In this document: one piece after another, positions 35,318 to 36,497 of the stretch
Position numbering within the stretch: position 1 is the stretch's first letter
How the letters are laid out: every line of letters starts with the position of its first letter
Virus record (IMG/VR): IMGVR_UViG_3300024042_000039
Coordinates: 1 to 36,497 of that record
Strand: one strand, 5' to 3'
Length of the DNA: 36,497 nucleotides
From: a virus
Lineage: Duplodnaviria > Caudoviricetes
Notes under the pieces: model-generated
What the model saw: only the letters and a program-made list of their open reading frames with translations
Database searches by the model: none
Told to the model about the DNA's origin: nothing
Program-made: the position numbers and the translations under genes

Positions 35318-36497
35318 CATGGGAAATCGGGGCCGCGTAGTCGGCCCATTCCTGCATGATGACTGCGCGCTTTTCCAGCATATCGCCCCTGCGGTAGGCG
35401 GCTTCGGTCTTGGTGTCGATGGTGTGGGCCAGGCACAGTTCAACGGCATCGCGTGGGTGATGGGTGGTCTCACCCGCCCAATCGCGGAAGGTGGAGCGGA
35501 ACCCATGGGGCACGGCGGCCAGCCTGTGGCGGCGCATCAGGGCAGTGAATGCCATGTCCGACAGAGGACCCTTGCGGTTGCTGGGGAATACGTGCTCCAC
35601 CAGTTCTTCGCGCGCGGCTTCTTGAACGCGCAGCAGCGCGACGGCCTGGATGGAGAGCGGCACCCGGTGCTCCCTGTTGGCCTTCATGCGTTCGGCGGGA
35701 ATGACCCACAGGGCCGCGCCTAGATCGACCTCACTCCACACCATGCCGCGCACCTCGCCAGAGCGCACAGCGGTCAAGATCAAGAAGCACAGCGCGCGGG
35801 CGCTTTGACCATCCACCGCGGCTATCTGCTGGTAGGCGGCGGGCAGATCGGCCACGGGCACGGCGGCACGGTGTTTGACCGGCGCGACCTTTTCCGGGTT
35901 GGCCAGGATGTGCTCCAACTGGCCGCGCCAGCGTGCAGGGTTGGGGCCGGTGCGGTGACCGTGGGCGGTGGCCCAATCGAGCACCTGCTCGATGCGCCCG
36001 CGCACGCGGGTGGCGGTTTCGGTCTTGGTTTTCCAGATGGGCGAAAGCGCCCGCAGCACGTGGGACTGCTCAATCTCGGAGACGGCCAGGCGACCAAAGT
36101 GCGGCGAGGCGTAGGTGGCGAGGGTGTTGCGCCACTGCTGGGCATGCTTGGCGTTGCGCCAGGTGCTTTCGTGCTCAGTGATGAAGGCATCGGCCGCCTT
36201 GTCGAACTCCAGACGCTGGGCTGCGGCCAGTCGGGCGGCTTCGCGCGCATCCTGCCGGGACTTGATGGGGTCGATACCTGCGTCACGTTGTCCCAGCGCT
36301 GCACGTGCCGCTTCGCGCGCGGCGGCCAGCGTCACACCGGGATAGCTACCAAGACCCATGCGGCGGCGCTGGCGCATGTAGACGTAGCGCAGCACCCAGG
36401 TACGCGACCCGCCCTCAATCCGCAGGTACAGCCCGCTGACGCCACCAACAGCGTGCGAGCCTTCGACGCGCAGCCTGGAGACCTCAAGCGCCGTCAT
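35301..36497 (-). CDS. int: P4-family tyrosine integrase with arm-binding domain
   Basis: GLYLRI...MGLGSYPGVTLAAAR; catalytic TAVRSGE, RMK, HGFRSTFRDW, LAH, AYRR; true start may lie beyond the window. Confidence 0.95.
   Translation of the reverse strand: MTALEVSRLRVEGSHAVGGVSGLYLRIEGGSRTWVLRYVYMRQRRRMGLGSYPGVTLAAAREAARAALGQRDAGIDPIKSRQDAREAARLAAAQRLEFDKAADAFITEHESTWRNAKHAQQWRNTLATYASPHFGRLAVSEIEQSHVLRALSPIWKTKTETATRVRGRIEQVLDWATAHGHRTGPNPARWRGQLEHILANPEKVAPVKHRAAVPVADLPAAYQQIAAVDGQSARALCFLILTAVRSGEVRGMVWSEVDLGAALWVIPAERMKANREHRVPLSIQAVALLRVQEAAREELVEHVFPSNRKGPLSDMAFTALMRRHRLAAVPHGFRSTFRDWAGETTHHPRDAVELCLAHTIDTKTEAAYRRGDMLEKRAVIMQEWADYAAPISHEKSAQ

Larger units (their letters stand above)
1..36497. 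mobile_element. P2-like temperate prophage, near-complete
   Basis: P2 gene order Q-P/O-N-M-L-X-lysis-R-S-V-W-J-I...FI-FII-E-T-U-D, plus cI, ogr, gpA and integrase; att/cos would lie outside the window. Confidence 0.97.

Noticed and set aside
1-36497. attL/attR, cos, tRNA genes, tail-fibre invertase
   Set aside because: Window ends exactly at gene boundaries; no terminal repeat, tRNA fold or serine invertase seen

Overview
A near-complete P2-like (Peduoviridae-type) prophage with very GC-rich codon usage, probably from a betaproteobacterial host (inference). It runs from the portal gene (left edge) to a P4-type integrase (right edge). It contains head genes Q-P-O-N-M-L, a holin/SAR-endolysin/embedded-spanin lysis cassette, baseplate genes V-W-J-I, an atypical DUF4815 + glycine-rich adsorption module in place of P2 H/G fibres, tail genes FI-FII-E/E'-T-U-D, an S24-type CI repressor, ogr, and replication gene A with its internal ori. 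Between D and cI lies an accessory hotspot: a two-gene membrane moron, an AT-rich PARIS-like ABC ATPase + DUF4435/TOPRIM pair, a degenerate second copy of the cI 3' end, an un-called Tat-signal micro-peptide and two exported proteins, all but the moron co-directional with cI. Four late promoters share a TGT-N13-ACA site at fixed spacing. No att/cos, tRNA or CRISPR is visible. Family assignments are from motif recognition and synteny, not database searches.
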